A DNA stretch of 64,000 nt from Octopus bimaculoides (lineage: Eukaryota): assembly GCF_001194135.2 (NCBI RefSeq), contig NC_068997.1, positions 52,754,814 to 52,818,813 of the forward strand, written 5' to 3'. Made by a program: the position numbers and the translations under genes. This document shows positions 62,243-64,000 of this stretch, piece by piece (the first letter of the stretch is position 1; each line of letters starts with the position of its first letter). The notes under the pieces were generated by a model. It saw only the letters and a list, made by a program, of their open reading frames with translations, did no database searches and had not been told where the DNA came from.

Positions 62243-63619
62243 TGGTCGTGTTATTTTGTTTTTTATATCCCATACAATCACTGTTTTATGAATAAATTCG
62301 GGTCGATGATTGTTTGGTAATCAAAAAAAGCTAAACAAGATTTATTGGTTTGTAGAAACGCTTGCATGATAATTTTCCAGACAATGATAGATTCATGAGC
62401 GCAAACCAGAAATAGAAAGTTTGCAACAATTAGCAACTTTTTCTGAGATACAGTCACGAAGGCTGTTCATCTCGACCACAAGTTAATGGCATCACTAAAC
62501 CATTGATACCAATCCATTTTATTATCGGTATTAATACAGCATGTTCTGAGATTTTGTGCTTAAGATGGCTATAAGAAGATGAACTTATTACATAAGACAT
62601 TATGGTGATAGCATCATTAACCCGTCTCAACCTATGGGCTTTATTTTGGTAACTTATATTTGTTTTATTCCTCAAGTTACAACGAAAGCAGCCTAACATG
62701 CTAAGTAGAGGCCATCGTGTTGCACCGTCTGAAGACAGCTTTCTGCTAGTTCTCTGATCTCACACTGATAGATAGATAGACAGGTAGGTAGGTAGATAGA
62801 TAGATAGACAGGTAGATACATTTCTTTTATTAGCCACACAGGGCTTTACACAGAGGGGACAAATACAATGTAGAGCTTTTCTTTTTGGGAGGGGGAAGGA
62901 GAGAAAGAAAAAAGTGGGGGGGGGCGATGAAAAGGGATCGTAGGAAAAAAAAGGGGGGGGGAGTTCGATCAAAAGGGATCGAGAAAGAAAAAAGATAGAT
63001 AGATAGATAGATAGATAGATGGGTGATCAGGTAAAGAAATAGATAGATACATAAATAGAACAGTAAATGATGAATTGAAGAGGTGATGGGTAGTGGAGAG
63101 GTGATGCAGGTAGTGGGGTCAGAGGGAGGGATACTATGAGGGGTGTGAGGTAGGAGTGGGGAGAAATGGAGATAAATTTGATAAAAGTCACATACGTGCG
63201 TTTGGTGTTGCTACCATTGAGGAGAGCACAGAGTTGTTCCAAAGACTGACCTACCTACATGGGGTCGTACATAGCTACACACGTACGCACATAGATAGGG
63301 CTAATTACCACTATATATGTATATAAACGCCAAGGCTACAGACACACGTATACAAACACACACACACACATAAACAGGTATATACACTTAACAGCAACGA
63401 TGACCCACCACCACCACCACCATCATAAACGACATCGCTTTATCTTTCCACCGTATCATTAACAGCATCACCTTCATATTACACCACCACAACATAAATG
63501 CTACGCTACACCACCACCACCAACTTCCTGAGCCACCATTCATTACCACTACTACCGCTGCCACCGCCATCGTCAGCTCCTACGCGATTACTATAACTAC
63601 CACTGCCTCCAGGCAATTA

Positions 63620-63700
63620 AGTGTTGGTCACGTGATACCAATAACGATATTTCATTGGTCAATCATTAGCAACGGAGTTGGTGTTGATGGTTGCTAGGAG
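63620..63700. promoter_or_regulatory. Possible core promoter of a neighbouring gene
   Basis: gtCACGTGat E-box (63627-63636), CCAAT (63638-63642) and ATTGG (63654-63658) within 35 bp, in a locally CpG-richer non-repetitive segment. Confidence 0.3.
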
Positions 63701-64000
63701 TGTGGGAATTTGTTAAAAATATTCCAGCGTGACATTTCGTGTGTGTGTGTGTGTGTGTGTTATTTTTAGTTTGTGCGCATGTGTTTGAGTGTGTGTACAC
63801 GTGTGTGTATGTGTATGTGTGCACGTGTCTCTATCTATCTATCTATCTCTTTCTATCTTCGGCATTCAGTGGAGTGTTGATAGATAGATAGATAGATTTT
63901 TTTTACTTTTTGGCAAATTAAACAGCTTTATGGTGGTTCCATTTCAATAACTGGAAATCTCCGCGCTAACCCCAACTCCCGATGAAAATGATGGTTGCTC

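Overview
Eukaryotic, repeat-dense draft genomic DNA with 11 N-gaps and dense (GT)n/(TA)n/(TAGA)n/(TTA)n microsatellites. The SINE/LINE content looks like coleoid cephalopod, most likely Octopus (my recognition, not a database result). The only well-supported protein-coding gene is a plus-strand GH31 alpha-glucosidase of the lysosomal GAA / sucrase-isomaltase / maltase-glucoamylase clade. I can read 17 coding exons from 1478 to the stop at 43051. Its 5' exons lie upstream of the window, and one internal exon (equivalent to human GAA exon 4) is not in the sequenced bases, probably hidden in an N-gap. Exons from 14569 to 43051 splice into a continuous 652-codon frame with both catalytic aspartates. 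One intron is GC-AG, and several normally conserved active-site-adjacent residues are substituted (DIDSM, IVDGAI, WADMNE). Introns and the downstream 20 kb are filled with tRNA-derived SINEs, RTE and Penelope-like relics, a DD37D (maT) transposon derivative, a Tigger-like element and minisatellites. The most interesting non-genic signal is a set of minimal type-I hammerhead-ribozyme-like motifs of Penelope type. One family sits in the 3' tail of a tRNA-headed SINE that occurs twice as inverted structures just downstream of GAA exons. Every copy in this window carries a lesion, so activity is inferred only for the consensus. Almost all ORFs in the supplied track are microsatellite or N-gap artefacts.
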